Origin: Thermoplasmata archaeon
GTDB taxonomy: Archaea; Thermoplasmatota; Thermoplasmata; Lutacidiplasmatales; UBA184
Direction: 5' to 3'
DNA length: 64,000 nt
NCBI GenBank assembly: GCA_052326305.1
Contig: JBKQPJ010000014.1
Span: 9,006 to 73,005, forward strand
Part shown: positions 34,721 through 43,195 of the stretch, piece after piece
Numbering within the stretch: position 1 is the first letter of the stretch
Layout: the number at the start of each line of letters is the position of its first letter
Notes under the pieces: model-generated
Databases searched by the model: none
The model's input: only the letters and a program-made list of their open reading frames with translations
What the model was told of the DNA's origin: nothing
Translations under genes and position numbers: made by a program

Positions 34721-34840
34721 GGCCCTGCGAACCCCGTGCCGGTGCTCCGGGAACGCTTCGCGGGGTAAGGAGTTATCCCCGAGTCCCGGACGGGTTAAGA
34801 TGCCCCTTTCGGTCGCCCCCGTATCTTTCCGACCTGCCCG

Positions 34841-36340
34841 ATGACGAGTCCAGAAGCGAGTTCGGCATCTCCCCTCCCGGGGGGACCCGCGGGGTTCGGG
34901 GCGCGCCGGGAGACCGCCCTCCTGCTCCTCACCACCCTCGGGACGGTGATGGTCGCCGTCGATAGCACGATCGTCATCCTCGCGCTCCCGACCATGCGGC
35001 GCGACCTCGCCGCCCCGTTCGAGACGGTGATCTGGACCGTCCTCGTCTACCTCCTGATCGCCGCCGCGCTGACGACGCAGGCGGGCCGCGTCGGCGACCT
35101 TCTTGGCCGCTCGCGGGTCTACAACGCGGGGTTCGCCGTCTTCACGATCGGTTCGGCGCTCTGTGGCTTCGCTCCGAACGCCGGGTTCCTGATCGGCGCG
35201 CGCGTTGTCCAGGCGGTCGGCGGCGCGGTCCTGTTCGCGAACGCCGGGGCGCTGATCGCGCACGTCTTTCCCCCCCAGCGGCGCGGGCGCGCGTTCGGCT
35301 ACACGACGTTCGGTTGGAGCGTTGGCGCGATCCTCGGGATCCTGCTCGGCGGCGTGATCACGACCGCCCTCGGATGGCGGTACATCTTCTTCATCAACAT
35401 CCCGATCGGGATCGTCGCGACCGCCCTCGGGCTACGCCTCCTACCCCGCATCGAGCGGCGGCCCGCGCGGTTCGATGCGCCCGGGTTCCTGACGTTCTCG
35501 GTCGCTCTCGCGCTGATCTGCTACGGGGCCGTGGAGATCGCCTCGTACGGGGCGACCGCGACGTACTCGATCTGCGTGATCGTCGGGATCGCGCTGCTCG
35601 CCCCGTTCACCTTCCTCGAGCTGCGCAACCCCCAGCCGATGCTCGACCTTCGCCAGCTCAAGCAGCGGCTGCTCGGGTTCTCGCTGGCCGCGGGGCTCCT
35701 CCAGAGCATCGGGTACCTCTCCGTCGTCTTCATGCTCACGCTGTACCTCCAGGGGCTCCGGGCCCTCTCCCCGCTCGACGCCTCCCTCCTGCTCGTCCCC
35801 GGCTACCTCGTCGGCGCGGTCGCCGGCCCGACGATGGGCCGTCTGGTCGATCGCCTCGGGCCGCGCGGCATCGCCACCGCGGGGATCGGCTGCATGGCCC
35901 TCGCCGTGATCGCCTACGCGCAGCTCGGCCTCACGTCGTGGCTCGGCTGGATCCCGGTCATCTCGATCGTGAGCGGCGTCGGGGTCGGGATGTTCTTCCC
36001 GGCGAACTCGACGGCGATCATGAGCCAGGCGCGTCCCGAGACGTTCGGCTCGGTCAGCGGTCTGCGGGGCACCCTTTCCAACATGGGGACGCTGCTCAGC
36101 TTCGTCCTCACCCTCACGATCGCCTCGGCGAGCGTCTCCCGCCCCGTCGCCTACGCCGTCTTCCTCGGCCTCGCCCCGCTCACCGGGGGTCAGGGAGTGC
36201 AGTTCCTCACCGGGATCCACGCCGCGCTCTACGGCTCGGCGTTCGTCCTGGCGGGAGCGGCCGCCCTTTCCTGGTCGCGGGGTCCCCGCTCCAGGCCGGA
36301 GGCTGCGGGCGGCCCCATCCCCGCCCGGGGAGGGCCGTGA
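34841..36340 (+). CDS. MFS transporter, 14-TM drug:H+ antiporter (EmrB/QacA-like)
   Basis: 499 aa with about 14 hydrophobic helices. MFS motifs are GRVGDLLGRSR and GRLVDRLGPRG. Confidence 0.9.
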   Translation: MTSPEASSASPLPGGPAGFGARRETALLLLTTLGTVMVAVDSTIVILALPTMRRDLAAPFETVIWTVLVYLLIAAALTTQAGRVGDLLGRSRVYNAGFAVFTIGSALCGFAPNAGFLIGARVVQAVGGAVLFANAGALIAHVFPPQRRGRAFGYTTFGWSVGAILGILLGGVITTALGWRYIFFINIPIGIVATALGLRLLPRIERRPARFDAPGFLTFSVALALICYGAVEIASYGATATYSICVIVGIALLAPFTFLELRNPQPMLDLRQLKQRLLGFSLAAGLLQSIGYLSVVFMLTLYLQGLRALSPLDASLLLVPGYLVGAVAGPTMGRLVDRLGPRGIATAGIGCMALAVIAYAQLGLTSWLGWIPVISIVSGVGVGMFFPANSTAIMSQARPETFGSVSGLRGTLSNMGTLLSFVLTLTIASASVSRPVAYAVFLGLAPLTGGQGVQFLTGIHAALYGSAFVLAGAAALSWSRGPRSRPEAAGGPIPARGGP

Positions 36341-36415
36341 CCCACCGCATTCCGGGCGACAAACGTTCTCGGACCGAACGGGGAGGAGCGCGCTGCCCCC
36401 GGGAACTGGGCGCGC

Positions 36416-36979
36416 TCAGCCGCAGCAGCTGCCGTCCTGGTTCGGGAGGTCCGGGTTCTCGGGGAAGCCATCGCACGATGGGTTCCCGCTCGCCGAGATC
36501 GTGACCGAGAAGGAGGCGCCCACATGCTCGCAGGAGTTGCCGGCGCCCGCGGCCAGGCCGAAGACGGCGTGGTAGGCGAACGTGTGGCCGGGGGCCAGCT
36601 CGACCTCGGGGGAGGCCGAGAGGAGGTTGTCCGCGTAGGTGAAGCTGGTGCATCCCCTCGGCAGGGTCGCCGAGATGTGCGGAACGAGTCCAGCGAGGGC
36701 GTTCCCCGTGTTCTCGAGCGTCGCGTTCAGCCAACAGTGGGTCCCGGGGTAAAGACCGGAAGCACTGGTGGTCAGCACCGAGGAGGTCGGCGTGACCGCG
36801 CAGACGACCGAGTGGGCGCTCGCGGCCACCGAGGTCGGGGCGACCCAGGCGATCCCCGGCTCGGGGGTGCATCCTCCGTGGTGGTGGTCGTCGCAACCTC
36901 CGCCGCCGCCCCAGGCGAAGCCCACCCCGCCCACGGCGAGGACGGCCCCAGCGAGGGCGAGGACCACGATCAGCTTCAC
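36416..36979 (-). CDS. TasA/SipW-substrate-like secreted protein, paralogue 3 (Cys/His-rich)
   Basis: GTG 36979 lies 31 nt after the upstream stop. The leader is KLIVVLALAGAVLAVGGVGFAW. The mature part starts GGGGGCDDHHHGGC, contains LNATLENTG and FSVTISA, and ends DGSCCG. Confidence 0.6.
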   Translation of the reverse strand: MKLIVVLALAGAVLAVGGVGFAWGGGGGCDDHHHGGCTPEPGIAWVAPTSVAASAHSVVCAVTPTSSVLTTSASGLYPGTHCWLNATLENTGNALAGLVPHISATLPRGCTSFTYADNLLSASPEVELAPGHTFAYHAVFGLAAGAGNSCEHVGASFSVTISASGNPSCDGFPENPDLPNQDGSCCG

Positions 36980-37010
36980 GTCGCCGAACCCCGAAACGGA
37001 AGGATCGAAC

Positions 37011-37538
37011 CTACACCCCGGCGGTGGCGGTATAGGTGACCGTGAAGGTGGCCCACACGAGGCCGCCGCATCGGGGAGGTAGGGTTCCCGAGTGCAGGCC
37101 CCAGTAGGACGTGAACGAGGCCCCGGGACCGAGGACGTCCCCCGGCGGGTCGTTGGCTTCGAGGACCTCTCCGTACGCGCCGACGCTGCAGGAGGCCGGT
37201 CCGTGGAACGTCGTGGTGAACACCCACGCCACGTTCTGGGCGGGGACGCTCCCGATGTTCTTGACGACGACCGAGATGTTGAACAGGGTGGTCGGCGGCG
37301 TGTTGTTGATCCACGCCTGGACCAACGGCGAGGGCAGCACCGTCGTCTGGACCGTGACGTACGCGGGGCCCCCGACAAGGCCCACGCTCGTGATCACGAG
37401 CCCGAAAGAGGCGGCCGACGCGTGGGCCTCGACCGTCGCCGAGCCCGCGAAGGCGGCGAACCCGACCCCGCTCGAGACGACCAGGAGCACCGCCACGACG
37501 GCGGGCACGGTCCATCGGGCGTGGCGTCCGAGGCTCAT
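37011..37538 (-). CDS. TasA/SipW-substrate-like secreted protein, paralogue 2
   Basis: 175 aa. GGAGGGAG lies 3 nt before the ATG. The leader is ...VPAVVAVLLVVSSGVGFAAFAGSATV, with a central ISVVVKNIG and a C-terminal ATFTVTYTATAGV. Confidence 0.7.
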   Translation of the reverse strand: MSLGRHARWTVPAVVAVLLVVSSGVGFAAFAGSATVEAHASAASFGLVITSVGLVGGPAYVTVQTTVLPSPLVQAWINNTPPTTLFNISVVVKNIGSVPAQNVAWVFTTTFHGPASCSVGAYGEVLEANDPPGDVLGPGASFTSYWGLHSGTLPPRCGGLVWATFTVTYTATAGV

Positions 37539-37644
37539 CGGCTCCCTCCACCGCTCCGAGGCGCGCGCGCCGACCTCAACGGTCGGGACCGCTCGCCAAC
37601 GGGGCAGTTCGGGTTCCGGGATGCGCTTCGAGCGCGGCGGGCGT

Positions 37645-38202
37645 TCAGATGCCCGCGACCCCCGTGAAGAAGACCGAGAAGAGGCCGCTCGGGGGGGCGG
37701 TGACCGACCCCGAAGGGATCCCCACCCAGATCGTGTCGACGTAGGTGCCGCCGACGGCCAGGGTCGTGATGCCGTTGACGTTCAGTACCGGCGTCGCGGA
37801 GGTCAGACCCGCCGTGTCCCGGACCGCGAAGCAGTTCAGCGACGGGCCGGGCGCGCAGATGCCGCTCGTCTCGTTGAGCTGGTTGTTGAGGACCACGGGG
37901 ACCGTGCCGACGTTCGTCACGGTCACCGAGAAGTAGCAGAAGTCGCCCGGAACGAGGTTCGAGACCCCGACGCTCACGAGGGTGTGCGACGGGTTCTCGG
38001 AGAAGCTGAACGACCCCGGCGCGGGGCCCCCGCTCGGGTACGCGCAGGCCCCTGCCTGGGGGGAGTTCAAGGCGATCGCCGCCGTACCTGCGGTGGCCGT
38101 ACCGTTCACCGTGGCCGTCGCCGTGAACGCGGAGTACCCGACCCCGACGAGCGCCGCGACAGCAAGAACTCCGAGCAGGCCCACGACCCATCGATTCGAC
38201 AT
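37645..38202 (-). CDS. TasA/SipW-substrate-like secreted protein, paralogue 1
   Basis: 185 aa. The leader is MSNRWVVGLLGVLAVAALVGVGYSAFTATATV, with a central FSVTVTNVG and a C-terminal LFSVFFTGVAGI. Confidence 0.7.
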   Translation of the reverse strand: MSNRWVVGLLGVLAVAALVGVGYSAFTATATVNGTATAGTAAIALNSPQAGACAYPSGGPAPGSFSFSENPSHTLVSVGVSNLVPGDFCYFSVTVTNVGTVPVVLNNQLNETSGICAPGPSLNCFAVRDTAGLTSATPVLNVNGITTLAVGGTYVDTIWVGIPSGSVTAPPSGLFSVFFTGVAGI

Positions 38203-38248
38203 GTCTTCTACCCAGGAGGCAGGCGCCTCCGGCGCACCATGGCCGAGG

Positions 38249-38259
38249 CTATTTAATAG
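38249..38259 (-). promoter_or_regulatory. AT-rich TATA-like element (plus strand CTATTTAATAG) upstream of paralogue 1
   Basis: This is the only AT-rich block in the 161-nt gap. It lies about 50 nt upstream of ATG 38202, which suggests an internal promoter for the subunit genes. Confidence 0.4.
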
Positions 38260-38363
38260 GCATCAGAAGGGTCTAGCCTCTTCGTCCGTAGCATCCGGCG
38301 GAATCGTCCCTATCATCGCCGAGGGACGCTGCGCGCCACGGTACACGTCCCGGCCCGGCCGGA

Positions 38364-39788
38364 TCAGCTCTTCGGACCCGTCCCTTTGGTCGGCGGAGGA
38401 GTTCCCGGGCGGTCGGAAGGAGGGCTTCCGGCGGCCCCGGAGGCGGGGGTCTTGCCCGGTGTGTCCCAAGGGCCGAGGCGGGCGTACAGCTGTCCCAGGA
38501 CGACCCAGGCCGCGTCGATGCGCCCGCGCTGTGCGAGGCCGATCGCCCGCAGCAGGAGCTCCTCCGAGTCCTGGCGCAGAGAGCTCGACGGCCGGAACCA
38601 GCGCAGCCGGTCGGAGATGCGGTCGCTCCAGACGACGAACGACTCGAGGTTCGAGGTGTCCACTCCGGGAATGCGGGGATAGCGCTGGTTCCAGTCGCGC
38701 ACCCTGGCGGTCAGGTTCTTCGGGGGCACCGGGGCGCCGGGCCGGGGCAGGGGCTCGGGAGGCAACGGCGCCTCGGCACCGGCTCGGCCGCCGTGGACGA
38801 AGACGAAGGCGGTCGTCCCCGAGACGACGTAGAAGGAGGTGGTCGCAGGAACGTCCGGGCCCGTCACCGACGGGCGGACGACGCGAACGATCGGCGAGCC
38901 GAGCGTGTCGGCCGCCTTGACGATGTCCTCCCAGGCCCGGACAGGCACGACGTTCGTCGCCCCGGGAGGCGCGCGCGCGTCGACGATCGCCTCCTCGTAC
39001 GGCCGGGTGATCGCCGCGAGCTCGCGCGTCGGCGGCACGTCGTGGCGCGTCTCCCACGTCAGGTACCCCATTGCGAGCGCGCCGCCGACCGCCCCGAAGA
39101 GGAGCAGGAAGGCGACGACCGAGACGTTCGCGCGGGCGGAGGTCGTCGGGTCGCTCCCCGGGGGAACGAACGCCCCGCTCGAGGAGGAGGTGAGGTGGGA
39201 CGGCTCGATCTGGCTCGCGGTGAAGTTGAGCGTGAGGGCCGGGAAGAACGCGATCCCGGTCGCGTCCTCGTCGAGCCCGACCGAGCTGTGGACGGACGGG
39301 GCGATCACGACGGAGTAGGAGTTCGGGGTGTACCCGGTCTGCTTCTCGATCGCCGTCGCGAGGCCGGTGATGTAACTGACGTTCAGGTTGTAGACGACCC
39401 CGAGGGTCGAGAGGGAGCCCTGCCGGACGCTCGTGCTGACGGTCTCGGTGAACAGCGTCTTCGACCACGCGGGGCTCTCGACGATTACGGAGACCGACGC
39501 GGTGTTCGTGGCGTTGACCGCGCGGTCCGCGGTGAACCGGTACGTGAAGGAGACGTTGACCCATTCGGTGATCGCGCTGAACAGCGTTCCGTTCCCGGGC
39601 GTCAGGGTGGTCGTGTTGTAGAGCGAGTTGTTCTTGAGGGCGGCGACGTACGTGAACCGGCCGTTCTGCCCGTAGGTGAACAGGGGCTTCGCCGCCGTCT
39701 TGACCGGGTGATCCGTCGCCGCGACCCAGTAGCCGGCGAACAGGGCGAGCAGCACGAAGATCACGAGCCCGATGACGACCGCCTTCAT
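38364..39788 (-). CDS. Two-TM membrane protein with sequon-rich ectodomain and cytoplasmic tail (DUF5305-like topology, unverified)
   Basis: ATG 39788 overlaps the peptidase stop (ATGA). TM1 is KAVVIGLVIFVLLALFAGYWV. An ectodomain of about 270 aa has many N-x-S/T sites. TM2 is VSVVAFLLLFGAVGGALAMGYL. A tail of about 190 aa follows. The upstream 58 codons of the long ORF overlap the peptidase gene and were rejected. Confidence 0.7.
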   Translation of the reverse strand: MKAVVIGLVIFVLLALFAGYWVAATDHPVKTAAKPLFTYGQNGRFTYVAALKNNSLYNTTTLTPGNGTLFSAITEWVNVSFTYRFTADRAVNATNTASVSVIVESPAWSKTLFTETVSTSVRQGSLSTLGVVYNLNVSYITGLATAIEKQTGYTPNSYSVVIAPSVHSSVGLDEDATGIAFFPALTLNFTASQIEPSHLTSSSSGAFVPPGSDPTTSARANVSVVAFLLLFGAVGGALAMGYLTWETRHDVPPTRELAAITRPYEEAIVDARAPPGATNVVPVRAWEDIVKAADTLGSPIVRVVRPSVTGPDVPATTSFYVVSGTTAFVFVHGGRAGAEAPLPPEPLPRPGAPVPPKNLTARVRDWNQRYPRIPGVDTSNLESFVVWSDRISDRLRWFRPSSSLRQDSEELLLRAIGLAQRGRIDAAWVVLGQLYARLGPWDTPGKTPASGAAGSPPSDRPGTPPPTKGTGPKS

Positions 39789-41134
39789 CCCGAGGGCCTC
39801 CGATGGGGGAAACGGCCAGAGCCACTGGGCCAGAAGAGGGTTCCGAGGAGGGCCGCGACCACGAGGGTCCCCGCGGTGAGGGCCGGGGACAGGATGAAGA
39901 ACCCGGCCCACGGCACGATGGCGGCGACCCGCCCGAGCACGGAAGAGTAGGGAACCGGACAAGTGTCGGCGGAGGGGTTCGCGTCACCCTTGGTCGTGAA
40001 CACGGGCCCGTTCGGGCCGCTCGCGATCGCGACCACCCGGTGGACGACCGGCGAGGGAAGGCAGGTCGTCGTGTAGGCGACGATCGTCCCGACCGTGATC
40101 TCGGAGGCGGGCACGTGCTGGATCACTACGAGGGTGCCGCGGTGCAGCGTCGGCACCATGCTGCCGGTCTCGATCGCGAGGAACGGGTGGTCGGTCCCGA
40201 GCGCGTACGGGACCCCACCGATCACCCCGACGACGACGAGGAGCGCCACGACCCCGACGACGACCGCCTCGCGGATCTGATGGCGTCGGCGCAGCTTTCC
40301 GAGGAAGCGGTCCCGGCGCGGGCCGAACGGCTCTCCCAGGTACCGGCGGGCGACGAGCTTCGGCTCCCGCAGGGTCGCGAGGATCACGAGGAGGAGCACC
40401 GCGTCGGCGAACAGCGCGATGAGGAAGACGAAGACCCACCCCGGGGAGAGGGAGACCACGGGGGTCAGGCTCGCGACGAGGAGGCCGCCCGTCCGCAGGA
40501 CGAACGGTCCGAGGAGGTTGCGGCTCGACTTGTAGTAGTAGAACGCGAGGACGAGACCGAGCGTGAGCGCGATCGCGGTGTTCGTCAGCAGGTACGTGCC
40601 GAGCTCGACCGTGCCGAGGGAGTGGAGGATCGGGAAGTTCGTGAGGGTCAGGGCGAACGTCGTCGAGGAGATCCCGAGCGCGGAGGCGAAGCGTCGCGGC
40701 GAGAGTAGCCGGCCGAAGATGTAGCCGCGGAAGACGGCCTCCTGGCCCAGCGCGCTCAGGGGGGCGAGGGCGAGCGCGTACCCGAAGCCGATCGGAGAGA
40801 GATGGGCCTGGCGCGCGAACCCAAAACCGAAGCCGGGCTCGAGGAGGACGGCGGTCTGGATGACGACGAGGAAGCCGGCGAGGCCGAGGGCCGGCAGCCA
40901 CGGCTTCGGGAGCGCGAACCCGTAGGAGGAGAGCGGTTCGCCGTCCCACCGTGTCCAGAGCAGGAAGAGGCCGAACAGGGCCGCCGGCACGAGGAGGCCG
41001 ACGGCGAGGTCGGCCCGCAGCGGGAGGTGCGGGCTCTCGTAGAGGTATCCCTGGGTGACGGCGAACGCCGCGGCAAAGAGCAGGAGGGGACGAACGAGCG
41101 CCCGGGGCTGGGGAAGACGCTCCGAACGGTTCAC
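39785..41134 (-). CDS. Fusion protein: CPBP/Abi-like intramembrane domain + S26 (SipW/ER-type) signal peptidase I
   Basis: GTG 41134 is preceded by GGAGG with a 7-nt spacer. The N-terminal multi-TM part has QEAVFRG and FPILH. The C-terminal part has GSMVPTL, VVHRVV and TKGDAN, the Ser/His-type S26 boxes. Confidence 0.75.
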   Translation of the reverse strand: MNRSERLPQPRALVRPLLLFAAAFAVTQGYLYESPHLPLRADLAVGLLVPAALFGLFLLWTRWDGEPLSSYGFALPKPWLPALGLAGFLVVIQTAVLLEPGFGFGFARQAHLSPIGFGYALALAPLSALGQEAVFRGYIFGRLLSPRRFASALGISSTTFALTLTNFPILHSLGTVELGTYLLTNTAIALTLGLVLAFYYYKSSRNLLGPFVLRTGGLLVASLTPVVSLSPGWVFVFLIALFADAVLLLVILATLREPKLVARRYLGEPFGPRRDRFLGKLRRRHQIREAVVVGVVALLVVVGVIGGVPYALGTDHPFLAIETGSMVPTLHRGTLVVIQHVPASEITVGTIVAYTTTCLPSPVVHRVVAIASGPNGPVFTTKGDANPSADTCPVPYSSVLGRVAAIVPWAGFFILSPALTAGTLVVAALLGTLFWPSGSGRFPHRRPSG

Positions 41135-41168
41135 GAGGTCGCCTCCGGCTCCGGCGCGCGAGCGTCGA

Positions 41169-41729
41169 TCAGCGGCGGGCCGGGCCCGGTCGCTTCCCTG
41201 GCATCGTGCGACCCGGGTTGTAGGACCGGCCCGGTGCCCGGGTCCGTCCGCCCGAGATCCCACCGGACGGGGCCTTCAGGTCGGCCCACGCCAGGCGGGC
41301 CAGGAGTTGGACGGCGTTGTACGGGGGCTTACCGCGGGCCTGACCGCTCCCCGGGGTCCCCGTGAGCCGGCCGAGGTTCTCGATCGCCTCCGAGACCTCC
41401 GAGCCCTTCATGAGGATCGCGTTGACCACGCCGAGCCACTCCTCGCCGGCCGGCGTCGCCGAGAGACCTACCCCGGTCGGCTCGACGAGGCCGAGGTCGA
41501 CCGCGAGGGAGGAGTAGCGGTAGAACGACGACTGGTTCAGGTTCGCCATGCCGATGATCCGTGTCTTGCGTTCCTCGGTCGACGCCGCCCGAACGAGGTC
41601 CCGGAGGACCTCGATCTTCGTCCGGTACCGCCCTGCGCTTCCTCGCACTACTGCCTCAGTTCCTCGGGACCCGGTCCCGTTCGCCCCTCCCGGAGGGGGG
41701 AGGGCCACTTGACCGGAGTGGTATAACAT
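41169..41729 (-). CDS. Winged-helix transcription regulator (archaeal HTH_45-like) with basic C-terminal tail
   Basis: RTKIEVLRDLVRAAS..KTRIIGMANLNQSSFYRYSSLAVDLGLVE fits the archaeal wHTH pattern. The start codon is uncertain; GTG 41648 is possible. Confidence 0.6.
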   Translation of the reverse strand: MLYHSGQVALPPPGGANGTGSRGTEAVVRGSAGRYRTKIEVLRDLVRAASTEERKTRIIGMANLNQSSFYRYSSLAVDLGLVEPTGVGLSATPAGEEWLGVVNAILMKGSEVSEAIENLGRLTGTPGSGQARGKPPYNAVQLLARLAWADLKAPSGGISGGRTRAPGRSYNPGRTMPGKRPGPARR

Positions 41730-41807
41730 TGCCGGCTCGTCCTGAGCATTGGGGGGATTTCACTACACCTCCGGAGGTTCCGTAAGACCCCCCCCAGGTG
41801 CCTCCGA

Positions 41808-42245
41808 CTATCGTTGACCGGCGGCCCGCGGTCGTGCCGCCCGCCGCTGCCGGAGGGCATCCCGGACGATCCGGGCGTGGTCGAACGCGAGCGGCCGGGC
41901 CCGACGTAGGGGGACCCACTCGGCGGAGGCGGCGTCGTCCGCTCCCCGGGGGGTTCCCCCCCGCCCGCGCATGAGAAAGGCCACCGTCGCGGTCGGCTGG
42001 CGGGGGTCCCGGTGGGGTCCGGAATAGACCCCTACGACCCGGTGGGGGCGTGCGATGAGGCCGGTCTCCTCGCGGAGCTCCCGGACGACCGCCGCTTCGA
42101 CCGTCTCCGCCGGCTCCACGAACCCTCCCGGGAGCGCCCAGAAGCCCGCGAAGGGGGGCCAACGGCGGCGCACCAGGAGGATGTCGTTCCCGCGGATCCA
42201 GACCGCGTCCACCGTCAGCGCCGGTCCTCGGGAGCGGGGGGCCAC
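41808..42245 (-). CDS. NUDIX hydrolase
   Basis: The Nudix box GGFVEPAETVEAAVVRELREETGL is present. The GTG start lies 27 nt from a GATTATAC box. Confidence 0.9.
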   Translation of the reverse strand: MAPRSRGPALTVDAVWIRGNDILLVRRRWPPFAGFWALPGGFVEPAETVEAAVVRELREETGLIARPHRVVGVYSGPHRDPRQPTATVAFLMRGRGGTPRGADDAASAEWVPLRRARPLAFDHARIVRDALRQRRAARPRAAGQR

Positions 42246-42265
42246 GCGACCGCGACCCGTGGGTC

Positions 42266-42356
42266 GATTATACCGTCCCGGGGACGCGCGGAAGGCCCGT
42301 GAGGGTCGTCCGGAGGCCCCTGCGGGGCGTTTCCGATGGACCCTCTGGGATTATAC
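42266..42356. promoter_or_regulatory. Divergent promoter region with two identical GATTATAC boxes
   Basis: One GATTATAC lies at 42266-42273, 27 nt from the NUDIX GTG 42245. The other lies at 42349-42356, upstream of a GAGGAA Shine-Dalgarno element and ATG 42392. Confidence 0.45.
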
Positions 42357-42391
42357 GGGCCCCGCCCCGGAGCTTTGAGCGAGGAACTGCG

Positions 42392-43096
42392 ATGAGCGAA
42401 CCCAGTGCCGAGCCGACCCCCCTCGTCCACCGAGCCGTTCGATCCGGCGGCCTTCTGATCGTGATCGCCGCCCTCCAGTTCGTCGTCGCGATGATCCTCG
42501 TCCAGTGGAAGTACTCCGGCTACAGCCTCTCCGCGAACTACATCAGCGACCTGGGGGGAAGCCACTCTCCCTGGGCTCTCCTCTTCGACGGCTCGCTCAT
42601 CGCGATGGGCGCCCTCGCCGTCCCGGCGCTGTTGCTCATCTGGAGCTCGTTCGATGCCCGCCCGGCGCGCTCGATCGGCCTTCTGATCCTGATGGCCTCC
42701 GCGGTGGGCGCCATCTGCGTGGGGGTCTTCCCCGAAACGACCCACGTGCTGAGCGGCAAGGCCCACGAGATCGCCTCGGGGATCACCTTCCTCGCGGGCG
42801 CACTGGGCCTGATCGTTCTCTCCTTCGCCATGCGCCTGCCCGAGCGCTGGGCCATCTCGGGGCGGTACACCCTCGTCTCGGGAGCCGTTTCGCTCGCCGC
42901 CCTCGTCCTCTACGGTCTCGGCTACTACCTCGGCCACGGGGCGTGGTTCTACCTCGGTCTCGGTCACGGGGGCATGGAGCGCCTCGTCGCCGCCCCGCTC
43001 CTGCTCTGGATGGTCATCGAGGGGGCCCACATCGGTCGCCTGCACCGGTTCGCCCCCGGGCTCCTCCTGCCCAAGTCGGCCAAGACTATGTCGTGA
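42392..43096 (+). CDS. DUF998-like integral membrane protein
   Basis: 234 aa from ATG 42392, preceded by GAGGAA. About 6 TM helices. The NYISDLGG motif is typical of DUF998. Confidence 0.65.
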   Translation: MSEPSAEPTPLVHRAVRSGGLLIVIAALQFVVAMILVQWKYSGYSLSANYISDLGGSHSPWALLFDGSLIAMGALAVPALLLIWSSFDARPARSIGLLILMASAVGAICVGVFPETTHVLSGKAHEIASGITFLAGALGLIVLSFAMRLPERWAISGRYTLVSGAVSLAALVLYGLGYYLGHGAWFYLGLGHGGMERLVAAPLLLWMVIEGAHIGRLHRFAPGLLLPKSAKTMS

Positions 43097-43195
43097 GCCG
43101 AAGCTCCGGCCCATTCCCGAGCCGGACGCCCGACAGGTAGGCTAGGGACCTGCGGCGGCAAGGATAAGCGGCCGCTCGAAGTGGAGGCCCTCTGG

